Assembly: GCA_028023455.1 (NCBI GenBank) | Contig: JAQFVV010000005.1 | Location: 3,534,001 to 3,598,000, forward strand | Length of the DNA: 64,000 nucleotides | Reading direction: 5' to 3' | Origin: Epiperipatus broadwayi | Taxonomy: Eukaryota; Animalia; Onychophora | Shown here: piece after piece, positions 40,698 through 53,186 of the stretch | Layout: the number at the start of each line of letters is the position of its first letter | Position numbering within the stretch: position 1 is the first letter of the stretch | Notes under the pieces: model-generated | Told to the model about the DNA's origin: nothing | Database searches by the model: none | The model's input: the letters and a program-made list of their open reading frames with translations, nothing else | Made by a program: the position numbers and the translations under genes

Positions 40698-42222
40698 ATA
40701 GCTTTTTTAAAATTTTTTGCTTTCAACAAAAACAATTGAATTTAAAGTTTTAATTTTCTGATTCTCTCCAGCTAACTAATTATTGTTTTGGATTTTCCTT
40801 TCATAGTCCTCAGGCACCTTATCTCTGGAATGCAGGATTCATCAAACATACTTCATGTCTGTATTTTATTGTTTTATTGGGTTTGTGTCCAAGGTAAGAT
40901 TTTGGGTTTTCCACTGAGGTCTGTGTCTCTATCTCTGGGCGTGAACTCTTATCTATTTCGTAATCTTTTTTTTTTAATTTATCATTTTAGCTTTATGTGC
41001 TTGTGCGTGTTAGCGCATTTTATACATTTTAATATCAGACTACATATAAATAATAAATTATAATTATTAATAGAGAAATAACTCACATATAGAAAATTAA
41101 ATAATATTGTAAATATTTTATTATTGAAGGATTATAACTTTGCTAACTGTTTTTAATAAATTATTGACATGCTGGTTAAAGCTGATCTAATTATTGATAA
41201 AGAAGTTGAAGAATTGCATCAGCTTTTATAACTCTTGTACTTTAAAAAATGATTTGTCAGACTCTTTTTTTCTCACTATGCAAGACAAAGATCACAGGAA
41301 AAGCATTGCAGAGAATCATACTCTGACTGCAGATAATGTTTTTAAGGTAACTAAACTAAAAGTAGAATTATTTATATAATATCAGAGCTGGCCCAGAAAG
41401 GAGAGAACAGTGATGTAATATTTTTATGGCTATGTGTCAGGGTATTCATTTAAATATAATAACAACACTTAGATTTTTATTTTTTATTTTTAAATTATTT
41501 TCTACTAGAAATTTTGCAGGATTGTCCACAAAATAATATAAAAACTTTTAAAAGAAAAAATTAAAAATGTAATAAATAATTACTTTTTGTTTTAAATTAT
41601 TATTTAATTATTGTTTAAAAAGTTTTTGTTTTTTTTAACTTTAATTTTTTTTATTTTAACTGTGTTTTAATCTAGGGGTTTATTTTATAGAAATAAGTGA
41701 ATAAAACACCAAGTGTCTACCAAATACCTTAAGTGACCAAAGCCATATTTTCAAGGTTTTATTGTGAAAGCACAGGGAATAAACTTGTGTTTGATTTAGA
41801 AATTTAGTTGTATAAATTGGAAGGGGAGTCCTAAAATGCATATTACACAAAGAAACTTTTTACCTATACAGTGGTACTGTTTATTCCAATGCATTTAGTG
41901 TATTTTAAATATTGGTGAGATCTATGAAAATATTTTTATTTTTTCAGAAAGAGAATAAAAAAGCATATTACACTTTTATCTTTTTTCCTTATGTGTGAAT
42001 ATCAAATAAAATAGTCACTAACATTAAAGTTAGTTTTTAGTATCTTCGTTTCTAAAATAAAAATACCATTACAATGGGGAACAATAATTTAAAATCTTTG
42101 TTTCCTGACAGCATTTTAAGCAACAGGTTTAAATGATTTGACAGCAAATAATTTGAAATCTGTTTCAAAGTATATTTTCTTACAAAGTTTTTAAAAATTA
42201 ATAAGTTTCTATTTTAAAATAT

Positions 42223-42519
42223 TACATGACCACCTCCTCTTATGCTTGTGTATAACTGTTGTTAAAACAGGCAAAACTCACTATATATATATTGCCACAC
42301 ACAGCAAGCTAGAGTAATCAATGGATGCCAGAAGGCCTGTGCATAAAATCCTCATCTAGTGCCTACTCATCCAATATCCCTAGACTAGTTTCTGGCTTAT
42401 GGCCTTCATCAGTGAGGAGTCTTGGATCTGAGAGCACTGCATCTAAATCTTCTGGCATCCATTGATTACTCTAGCTTGCTGTGTGTGGCAATATATATAG
42501 TGAGTTTTGCCTGTTTTAC
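42223..42519 (-). mobile_element. Family X foldback HHR element (HHR at 42376-42419, intact core)
   Basis: Inverted arms at 42263-42334 and 42449-42518; TSD TTTAAAATAT (42213-42222, 42520-42529). Reverse complement of the HHR: ctcctca CTGATGA a ggc(cataa)gcc a GAAAC TA GTC taggga. Confidence 0.88.
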
Positions 42520-42999
42520 TTTAAAATATGTTTATATTAGATATAATTTTGAAAAGATTTCTTTTACAAAACGCCGCAAAAGATATTTATTTATGTTAAT
42601 GATTTATACAAAATTTTAGCTCATATTAAGATCATATTTTTCTTTTTCTTTTTTAACCCATGTGGATTACAATTGATATTGTGATTTTACTAAAAACAGA
42701 AAATTATTTCTTCTGCTATGAATGTTGAAATTTTGATATAAAATTATTTGTTTACATGTTTTTAGAACGTAGTTATAATTCATACTAAATAAAAAAGCAT
42801 GTTATTAGAAATTTTATAACATATACTATACACTTCATATTGAGATTTAACATACATAACCTTTATGAATTATTATATCTAAATATTTTATTAACAAAAT
42901 TTTTTACTTTAATAAGTAAAATTATTATAATCATTTTTACTCAGGGAGAAAATTGTACACCAGTCAAAAATCTTAATAGATTCGTTTCACTAGTCTTGG

Positions 43000-44400
43000 T
43001 TATTTATTTATTTGATTAATTGTCACATATAATTTTAGTTTCTAAGAATAGCTGCCATGATTTATTTTAAATGTAGAAATTAAATGCTAATATTTAATTT
43101 CGAATAAATATTTATTCTAGTCTAATGAATGACTAAAAACAAATATTAATATTTAGTTCGAATTGTTTTCTTATATTTAAACATAATGCAAGAACAAACA
43201 CGTATATAATTATCCACATGTGTAACATATTTACGCTACATTAGAATGTAATTATATTTAATTTATAATAGTAGTTATGTTAATACATTGTACAGGCTTA
43301 AACCTGCATTTATATATGTAATATATGCGGGGTTTGAACTCAGACTTTCACACGACCCGCCACTCTCAGTGCCATCTCATATTGCTGACCCACCTGATCA
43401 CACACATGTTGAAAAGATAAATAATCACCAATATACGTATTTCATGCTAAACCAGCAATCATCAGTTGGTCCAGATTACTATGCTATCTTAACTATTTTA
43501 ATTAAATTAATATTTAACTATTTATCTTTAGAGCCCAGTTGTTTTATAACATTATTTACAGTGTATAAACTATTGCATAAAATATTAATTAAATCCGCCT
43601 ATTCTTCTTTTAAAATACTTTCAAAGTTTTGAGGAATATTATTTTTATTGCCTTTTTGGCTCATTTAAGAGTATAAATCTTAGCTAATGGACTACACTAT
43701 TTCAATATATAATATGTGAGCATGCGCATCATTTTAAAAATATTATTTGTATGCAAAATTGATTTTTAAAAGCGTGTGCGTGATATTGATTTTTTAAAAT
43801 ACCTGCTCACGTTTAATCGGTCTCTTTAACATTTAAATAAAATTCCTTTAATAAGAAAAATAAATATAATAACGTAATTACTAGTTTAAATTAAGTTTAA
43901 ATTTTAAAAGGAAAAGTTATTATCAAAAAGCACAATTTTATATTTCTGTTTACATATTTTTTTTCCCTCTGCGTGATTAAAAACTTTCTTTTATTTATTA
44001 AAAAGATCATTTTAAACCCATCATCTGCGTTACATTAATTAGCATTCTAAGATATTTGAAAAGTTAAATTAGTCTTAAACACAATGGATTTTCAATATAA
44101 AATTTTATAACTTTATTAAACAAAAAATTATTGAAAATGAAATTTCAATTATACAGTTTCAATATTTTTCTTTAATAATAATAAAGATTTTTGTCAAAGT
44201 CATTTACATTTCTTAACGCAGTTTTGAAAGATCAAATAGAATCTAATGTAAGCAAACTAAATTTTTATTACTAAATTAAATAAAGTTGATTTTTAAAACG
44301 ATTTAATGCATGAATTAAGATTATGAAAAAAATATTTCGTTTATATATGCAGTAATATTTTAAAAAGTAAGTAACATATATATTCATCTCTAAGGTAATC
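43000..44400. promoter_or_regulatory. CpG-retaining AT-rich segment, possible unmethylated promoter
   Basis: CpGs are frequent relative to the flanks, and an NRF1-like GCATGCGCA lies near 43719. No linked exon was found. Confidence 0.25.
43290..43482 (-). mobile_element. Family Y HHR monomer (HHR at 43427-43470, best-preserved core)
   Basis: Reverse complement: ACCAA CTGATGA t TGCT(ggttt)AGCA t GAAA TACGT ATA TTGGT, with palindromic helix III ATACGTAT. A B-box-like GAGTTCAAACC lies downstream. Confidence 0.85.
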
Positions 44401-44439
44401 TTTGGTTTTGGAAAAATGTCTAAATGTTTAAAAAGAAAG

Positions 44440-44540
44440 TCTTGCATTGGTGGTCGAGAGGTCAGCGCGACTGCCTTGCACTTGCAGGCAGTTGCCCGGG
44501 TTGCGGGTTCGCGTCCCGGCCGATGCTATGACACTTAAAA
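44440..44540 (+). mobile_element. tRNA-Gly-derived SINE with TSD
   Basis: Acceptor-like stem GCATTGG/CCGATGC, A and B boxes and an A tail. TSD AAAAAGAAAG (44430-44439, 44541-44550). Confidence 0.92.
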
Positions 44541-44624
44541 AAAAAGAAAGGATTTTAATAACTGTATTTACCAATTCGTATTTATGAATATGAAATTTGA
44601 ACATTTAAAAAGTAAAGCAAAACA

Positions 44625-44970
44625 GAGATTTCACGCATCTCAAAAGAATATGAAGAGATGAATGGTAGGAGTAAGGAGATCAAAAACCAAATACATGGTG
44701 GATAGAACAAACAAGTATCACTATTATTAAAAGACTGAGAGCTGGACTAGGCATATTGTTAGAAAAGATGATAATAGATGGATGATTGAGGTTTTAAATT
44801 GGATCTCACTAGATTGTAAAAGATTTATTAAAAAACCATCTATAGGATGGATAGATGAAATAAGAAACTTTGCAGATATATTGTGAAGATGAGAGGCTAA
44901 GGACTGAAAAAAGTGGATACAACTTGGAGAGACCTTATTAATATTGGTTAAAAATGATGATAATGATAAA
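44625..44970 (+). mobile_element. Old diverged RTE 3' fragment
   Basis: Colinear with 36690-37040 (catattgttagaaaagatgataatagatgg, cttggagagacctt) and ends in a decayed (GAT)n tail. Confidence 0.8.
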
Positions 44971-45257
44971 GAATTTAATCTATAGCTATAATATCAAGAC
45001 TATTTGTTGTAAGCTTGGATGTTAAATAAACATTAGATAGCTAACTGGAAGTGTGATTTACCTACATTCAGATTAGATTTTGATTATTCACTTGATCAAT
45101 AAGGAAGTTTGGATTTTTCAACTTGTATAGTTTCTATAATATATTTAAACAGTTTTGTAATTATCTTGACAGCCAGAAAAATACAAATATGAAAGAATAG
45201 TTTATTGATAAAACTTAATGATATTGAGATTTTCAGATACTTAGATTTTCAACATTA

Positions 45258-46108
45258 AGCCAATAAACATCACGTGATCACCATTTTTTATGCTTGCTTA
45301 TAACTATTATTAAAACAGGCAAAACTCTCCATACAGTATTGCCATTCAGTGCAAGCCAGAGTAATAAAAAAACAGTCACCAAAATGTATAGGTACTGAAC
45401 TGAGTTCAGACCTATATGATTATATAAGCATTGTTTTATAGTTAAATAGAAGTAAAAATTGCCTGCTGGAGGGTTGTGTTAGAACCTAAGATCTCAGATC
45501 CACTGATGAAGGCCATGATCCAGAGACTAGTCTGGGAATATTGGATGAGTAGGCATTATATTGGGATTTTATGCATAAGCTTTCTAGCATCCATTGATTA
45601 CTCTGGCTTGGACTGAGTGGCAATGCTGTATGGAGAGTTTTGCCTGTTTTAATAACAGTTATAAGCAAGCATAAGAAATGGTGATCATGTGATGTTTATT
45701 GGCTTAAAACCAATCCTGCCTAATAGCATAGTGGTTGTTATGGTTATTAAAAAAACCAAAGACACCAAATTATATAGGTACTGAACTGAGTTCCGACCTA
45801 TATGTCTATATAAACTAATGAGCTTGGATTGAAAATATTATTGTGTTTTCAAATTAAGTCTTATAGTTTTGTAGTTAAGTATAGATAAAAGGTGGCTGCT
45901 GGAGGGTTGCACTAGATTCTAAGATCTAAGTGCAGTTCTCTCAGATCCAAGGCTCTGCACTGATGAAATCCATGAGACAGAAACTAGTCTGGAGACATTG
46001 GATGAGTAGGCACTAGATGGGGATTTTATGCACAAGCATTCTGGCATCCATTAATTATTCTGGCTTGCACTGAATGGCAATACTGTATGGAGAGTTTTGC
46101 CTGTTTTA
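45258..46108 (+). mobile_element. Family X element: inverted arm plus tandem dimer (HHRs at 45499-45537 and 45953-45995)
   Basis: Inverted arm 45258-45365; two sense units with HHR cores 457 nt apart; TSD ATTTTCAA(C/T)ATTA (45245-45257, 46109-46121). Confidence 0.88.
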
Positions 46109-48011
46109 ATTTTCAATATTAGTAATAGGTTATAATTTTTAGAATGTTATACTTTATATGTTTGAGCCCAAAGAACACAATACTACAAAACTATTTAAAA
46201 TTATCATTAGCATATATATATAAATTATTCATTTTGAATGTGGAGAAAAAATAATAAAAGATGGTTGATTAAGTGGTCATGTAAATATTGAACCCCAAAA
46301 ATGATATTATGAGTTTTAATTGACAGAAAGTTTAGCTTTGAGTTCAATATCTGCTATGATAAAACATCTGAAATTAAAATGCTAAAAGTACATTGTGCTT
46401 TTAAGCAATGACAAACTAGAATCAGATGATAGTTAAATATACTCGAAGTATATGATTGTGTTTCCTACTTATTCTACTTATTTATGGAAAACAAAATTAA
46501 CCAATAATATTTTGTTGTCTTGATGTTATATCTATTCTTGATCAAAGAATTTAATATTCATAAATTTAATTAAATAATGTCATTTGAAATTACATATAAT
46601 TGAGATATATACCTTGATAAATTATCAAAATAGTTAAACTCCGTAACTACTAAATAACAAGATGATTTCATCTTTCTACTAGAATGCTGGCTTTACAAAT
46701 ACAGTCACTCAATTAGTATAGACATGTAATGATAGTTATATATTTAAAAGCTAAGAATCTCCAAATAAAAACATAATTATGTTACTTCTAGTAATTGAAT
46801 GTCAAATGATTTCCCCAATAATAAACCAATGATTATAGGCCTGTTAAAGCCACTCAGTTTCCATGTAAACATTTAACTGAGTGGAAATAACAACCTTCCA
46901 ATGATTTATGTAATATAAACAAACTAAACAGAAATAACTATATCATCCAATGTTAAAAAAAATGGAAGTACACTAAAATGGAAGTAACTATATATTATGT
47001 TTCAATTACATATAGCTGAATTATAATTATTCATTATGAACATTTTATGTTATTTATCTGTAATATAAAAAATCTGATAGGCATGTTAATCCATATTTAG
47101 ATAATAATTTGACTTTTAACATTTATTTTCAGCTATTGATCCAATCCTTTAAATTGTTGTTTTGTAACACATTAATAAGCCATTTTTATTTAGTTGTTCT
47201 TGTTTTTTTTTTCAGTTGTATATTTTAATGAGCACAATTTATTCTTAATCAAATGTTTATGTTTATAAAATTTATTATTCTAATGAAATTTATTTAAATT
47301 TCATCAACAAGTTTATGAAAAAATAATGTAATTAATATTTTACATTTGCGATCTTCAGTTTAAATAAAGTTTTTAGAAAATTAGATTATTTTTTGGCAAA
47401 ATTTATTACTAAAATTAATTTCAATTTTAAGTATAAGAATGAAGAAATAGTAAAATCTATAAATTTATTTAAGAAAATAAAAATAACAATGTTTAATTTT
47501 TATGTTAACTAGAATATAGCACATTTTTATTCTTTCCATCCTTCAAAAACCACAATATAAAATAATTATAAATCTAATTATATTTTATACATTAAAAAAC
47601 ATACTTCTAATGAATAAAAACAATCTTGAAACAAAATATTATCCTTAAAATAATTTCTGCTTGATAAATAAAAAATGAAAAAATGCCACCATGTTGTGTA
47701 ACATGAATTCTGTAACTTGATCTGTGAAATATAAAGCTTTATTTTTTTCTGATAACTCCTCCCGTCTAATAATAAAAATGAAAACTAATATATTTATTTC
47801 TATTGTTTTTTAAAATTATATATAACTGCTGGTATACTAACTGTTCAAATGCCATATAAATTATGTCATGATTAGAAAATTTAATTACCTGTACTACAAT
47901 ATGTTATTTGGAAGTTTGACAAAAAAGAATTAAAAGGTTATATGAAAATAATGGAATTTATCTTTGGAATAAAAACAAAATAAAAATAGTGTTATCAATA
48001 TAAAATTTTAT

Positions 48012-48460
48012 TAAACCACTAAACATCACATGATCATCATTTTTTATGCTTATATAAGCTGTTTACACAGAGATAATACTTTCCATACAGTAGTGCCACT
48101 CAGGGCAAGCCAAAGTAATCAATGGCCTTAGAAAGGTTTGTGCATAAAATCCCTTTATAGTGCTTACTCGTCCAATACCCCCAGACTAGTTTATAGCTTG
48201 TGACTTTCATCAGCGAGGAGCCTTGTATCTGCTATCAGATTCTAGGCTCCTCACTAATGAAAACTACAAGCTAGAAACTAGTCTAGGGATATTGGATGAA
48301 TCCAAGGCTCCTCACTGATGAAAGCCACAAGCTAGAAACTAGTCTGGTATATTGGATGAGTAGGCACTATAGAGGGATTTTATTCACAAACCTTCCTGCA
48401 GCCAATGATTACTTTGGCTTGCACTGAGCAGTGCTACTACATGGAGAGTTTTGCCACTGC
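48012..48460. mobile_element. Family X palindrome with three HHRs (48177-48220 minus; 48247-48289 and 48308-48349 plus)
   Basis: Symmetry centre at ~48232; a 61-nt tandem HHR duplication in the right arm; perfect TSD ATAAAATTTTAT (48000-48011, 48461-48472). Confidence 0.9.
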
Positions 48461-48899
48461 ATAAAATTTTATAACAGCTTTCAGTTTAAATAATGCATTC
48501 ACTGAAAAAACTAGTTCTTAGTAAAATTTATATGATTAGTTAAATTTCGTTAAAAAACATATGCAAATAAAACAATTCATTTTAGAAATAATTAAAAATT
48601 ATATTTATAATCAAAAAACATTAAAATAATAATAAACTTATTGACAAAAATTATTTACTTTCAGCAATCACAAACTATTTTTTTCTTAAAAGCAAATATA
48701 TTTAAATATTTATAAATACATAGATGTTTAATAATATAATATATAAAAGAAAAAAAGTGATCTATTGTTTCCTCAATTTAGATGAAAAGTCATACAAATG
48801 TAGAATGTATTTTCTTCTAACAAGAAATTTTTTATTCCTCTGATGTGATGTGATGCACTGTGACTTCTCCTTATACAGTGTCAGGAGTCTCTCAGCAAC

Positions 48900-49260
48900 T
48901 ATGTCCAGAGAAACCTATTAGCTACTTTACCTTCCCTTTCCATTCCCCACCCTAAGTTTTCCCATATACTGCTCCATCCCATTTCCACAACATAATCTTT
49001 GTCAACTCCATGGCCTTCATATCTAAATACCCCTTATCTGTTCCCAAACCCAGCATAAAAACAATAACCCACTTTCTGTATAATCACTTTGTTTATATTT
49101 AGCCTTCCATAACTTCATTATTTGTACCCTTTCTGCTTTCAAGCATTTACATTTAATCAACAGATGCCTAATATTTTCTATGCCTTCCTCACACAATTTG
49201 CAGACTAAATCACCCATATTTTTCCATTTACATTTATATCCTTTTACTTAATGATTGCTG
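48900..49260 (-). pseudogene. LINE ORF2 C-terminal CCHC zinc-knuckle remnant
   Basis: CKLCEEGIENIRHLLIKC. Confidence 0.6.
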
Positions 49261-50749
49261 CTGCCATCTAGGCTATATTTACTACAAGATTAAATTTTTA
49301 TTGAAAGTGCTTATAGTTATGTTTCTAAATGAATTATGGCCAAACAGTGCTAGTGGAAGTTATCATGAATTTTAAAGCTTAAAGTTAATACAAGATATTG
49401 CAGAAATAATGATTAACTTCTAGATTAAAGTATACTGAATGGTATTTCATAGCACAAATTGGTGAAAAGTAACTACATATATTATTAACAACAATGTAAT
49501 AGTCCAGATCTTCAATACTCTTCTGAGCCTATTTTAAGCAAAGATAGTAATGATATTTGATTGATATCAGATAACATATGAAGAATATGGACTTCAATGG
49601 AGGTATCTGATTTCATTAATGGGAGAATGATTATAATAGGTGATGCTAAGTGACAGCCATTTGTATTATCCAAAAGTGTTATATCCCTATGGCAATTATA
49701 ATCTATAGATAATATTACTTTTAGAATATCTTCTAGTTAAAGTTAAAAATAAATTTTAAAAATTCAAATTATAATAAAAATATGAGTTATTACTTTGTCT
49801 ATTCAGACAAGGATACTATTAAATATCCATAATTAAATTTCAGAGACTATAAATAATACACTTTGTAGATTATCAGATATTTTAGCATTAGAAATGTCAG
49901 AATTGAGCTTCAATTAGAAACTTTTAGCATTTCAGTTCATTACTGTACCATTGAAACAAACTATGCAGAATGAAGTTGTATTTGTAGCACGTGAATTTGT
50001 TAATGTGTACATTATTTATTAATTATAGTATTTAACTATTTAAACAGCAGTGAAGATGAACTCTTAAGCTATTAGCAGTCTCAACCTATAGTCAAGGCAA
50101 TCTCCTTAAACATTGAAAAGTATATATTTTATATGTTATTTTAAATGTTGAAAAACTTGAAAAATCTGCAATTTTACTTTTTTCCACCCAGCTTTAATAA
50201 CTCTACTTTTAATAATATTATGTACAACACAATATTTAAAATGCATCTCAAAAATTACTTACATAATTTATATTAATTTAAGTATTATTGTTATCATAGT
50301 GTTATTTTTAACATCTGCATTAAAGTGTTATTTCCATTTGCCTATTCAGATCAAAGTATCACAGACTTAAATAAGAAATTGCCCCTATGATAAATTGGCA
50401 TCTTCTGTCCATTGATTAATCAAAATTAGTCATGCTTACAATAGATGACTCTGAACAAAGCAAATAGATTAGAAAAATTATTTTATATAGGTGGTTGCAC
50501 AAATACTAATATCAAACAATCAAATATTTCATCTATTGATGATGGTGTTACCTTGAAATTGTAACTTTTAGTGAAAGTGTTTATAATAGATTTGCATTGT
50601 TATCATAAACTTTAAATAGACATGTATTAATACATACTTTTTGAAAAGTTATATAACATAGCTTACAAGTTAAATTTTCTTAAGAAAAGTTAAAATTACT
50701 GCATTTAATGAGGGGGGGGGGGTGAACTCTATCATCAAAATTTATTAAA

Positions 50750-51400
50750 AATAATGGCTCAAATTTGCACGGCCTTTGGTTTACTTGAGACTAAATGTAC
50801 TCTGGCTCTCAGATTGCCCCATCAGCACATCTCCACAGAGAAGACTTCTATGTCTGATTCAAAACCCATCATCACTCTCTGGAGGTACTGGGCTGCTCAT
50901 TGCACCAAATTTCCCACTACCATTATTCAGAATAATGTTCATTGGTTCACACCTGTAAATTGTCAGCTTCCATCATTGATTATCTATGCCTAATGTAATT
51001 TTCCTTATATATCTTCCCACATCCTAGTATTATTTCAAATTTAATACTTACCATTAACCCATTACTTGCAGCCATCCACCACATTAAAACATCTTAATTG
51101 GGGCTGCAACATGAAATACAAAGACTTCATCACCCAATGACTGCATCAAATATCTTTTTTTTCTTTTATGAGTTCTGAGAGATTCCCACCAGACAATCCC
51201 ATCACATTCCACAATGGCTGATATGCTTTGTTAATTGATCTTATTTCTATTTCCCTATGCTGCATCATTCAATTATCATGAACATCAACCCCTCACTATT
51301 CTTGGACCACTCTGCATAAATGATAATTATTAACCTCATAAATATTCAAACATCTGCACTTCTGCTAGATAAAACAATAAGAGTACTGCTTCCAGCAACC
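50750..51400 (+). pseudogene. LINE AP-endonuclease remnant
   Basis: LLETKC and LSGGTGLLIAP in shifted frames. Confidence 0.45.
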
Positions 51401-53186
51401 ATTCCAGTATATATATTTTTAGAAATTTATATTTTGCTCAATTAAATTGAAATGTATTCAACTCAGTACAAAGATACTTAGCTTTAATTAATAGACTCTT
51501 TTTAATATGGATCACATCATGAGAAAAAAAAACATTTTTCTAGATTATTAGCACTTGTTGATGATTTGCATAAGTGAATTACCATAATAAAAACATTCAC
51601 ATTATAACCAATAATATATATATATACAGTAATATGTGCAACATCATTGAAAATTATTTAAAGATTAAAAAAAGCAAAGTATACATTACCTAAGGACATA
51701 TCTATACTACAGGCTACACAAGATGGTTGCTGAAACACTCATCCATCATCAGAGTTTCCATGGCAATCCAAGCTGACAAAAACACATATGCAGGCCATAA
51801 CATGATAATGCCTATCTATTCATACTTTATACCAATATGGTTTAATAATTTGGAACTTGGATAAAGTCTCTCATATAGATAAATTACAGTCAATATGCAG
51901 TAAATTCACTAATATAATTAATGCAAAAGATGTTTGTATAAATTTGTTTCATAGAAGAGTGACTCGTGATATAAAATGTTTTTATTTAATCATTCATGGA
52001 AAATTTTTCTTACATAATTGTACTTCAAAAGTATTAATTCATTCATTTTGTTGTTAATTTGTTAGAAATGAACCTGAGATTATTATTATTAGAGAATTGT
52101 TAATTTTTTATTGAAAGATAAGTAAGAAATTATTAGTTAACGTTAAATGTCCATTTATACCATTTTTTATATTAAAGAAAGATTAAGTAATTTATTGTTA
52201 ATTCTGTAATAAATTTATAAATCATATTTTAAAATTATTATATGTGTGTGTTTAGAGACATGAGAGTATTACATAGTGATTTATTAGGTGAATTTGGTGG
52301 GGTAATATTCTTATGCCATTGGGAATGTATCTTTAGGGATGCATCTTCAATGTTTAAACCAGTATGCCTTACTGAACGTCTCATGTTAAGAATTTCATAA
52401 TTACCATTTTACATAGAACTTTATTTTATTTACAATATTGAGCAAGTTTATTTGTTAAATTTATTATTGAAATGAATAGATTGATTATTATAGTTGGAGC
52501 CCTTTATTGTAAATATAAATTGTATTATATTTAATCTATTAAATTTTTTATATTTAATTATTGAAAGATATTATTTTATTAGATATTGTATCTTAGTAAT
52601 GTATCTTAAGCTAGTCAGAACAGTATTATTTTAATAGTCATTGTTTGTGTAATCCAATTGCAGTTTAATATTATTATATCCTACTTAGCCGGATTCTTTT
52701 TTTTCAGAATTTCTCTTTTGGTAAGGGTACAATATAATATTATATATATATATATGACTATACATTCAATGTAATATATGTAAATGTATCCCATTATTTA
52801 TTTTAAATTTAAAAAATATGAAGTTACAATATTAAATTGTATTATAAAAAATAACTATTTATTACAAATATTTTTTTAAGAAAATAATGCAATTAAAAAA
52901 TAAATAGGAAAAAATACAGTAGAGGAAAATAAAAAAATAATAAAAGAGTTTGATTTTTATCTTCGCTTATAATTTTACTAATTAAAAGACGGATGAAAAT
53001 AATTAAAAGTGATCATAAAATTAAGTAATATTCATAATAATCGAAAACTGCAGTTAAAAAATGAAAAATAAATAATAACCACTGAGTTTTTTTTCCTTTT
53101 TTTCTGGATAATTATAATATTCAGCTAAATGTTCTGGGCATTCATACAGAAAAGATAGCCTTTATAATTTAAACTTAGCTTTTATT

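Larger units (their letters stand above)
32004..41030. mobile_element. Penelope-like element inserted as an inverted duplication, with nested RTE and LTR-like insertions
   Basis: The left arm (minus; 32004-33752 plus 37057-37103) and right arm (plus; 37104-41030) join at ~37103. AATATCAGACTA is a direct repeat at 31992-32003 and 41031-41042. Confidence 0.85.

Noticed and set aside
41194-41379. ORF ending HTLTADNVFK, loosely reminiscent of RNF213-type AAA proteins
   Set aside because: The match is only a few residues, with no convincing acceptor and no following Walker A exon.
43360-43380. TGGCACTGAG..TGGC match between this Y copy and family X
   Set aside because: Other Y copies lack it, so it is likely chance.
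31494-44540. Functional tRNA genes
   Set aside because: The anticodon loop is oversized, the T-arm is duplicated, the D stem is poor, and an A tail and TSD indicate SINEs.
46850-46884. 10-bp inverted repeat CCACTCAGTT/AACTGAGTGG
   Set aside because: It is isolated, and no second copy or context suggests a function.
51720-51765. Minus-strand CTGATGA
   Set aside because: There is no downstream GAAA or helix II.
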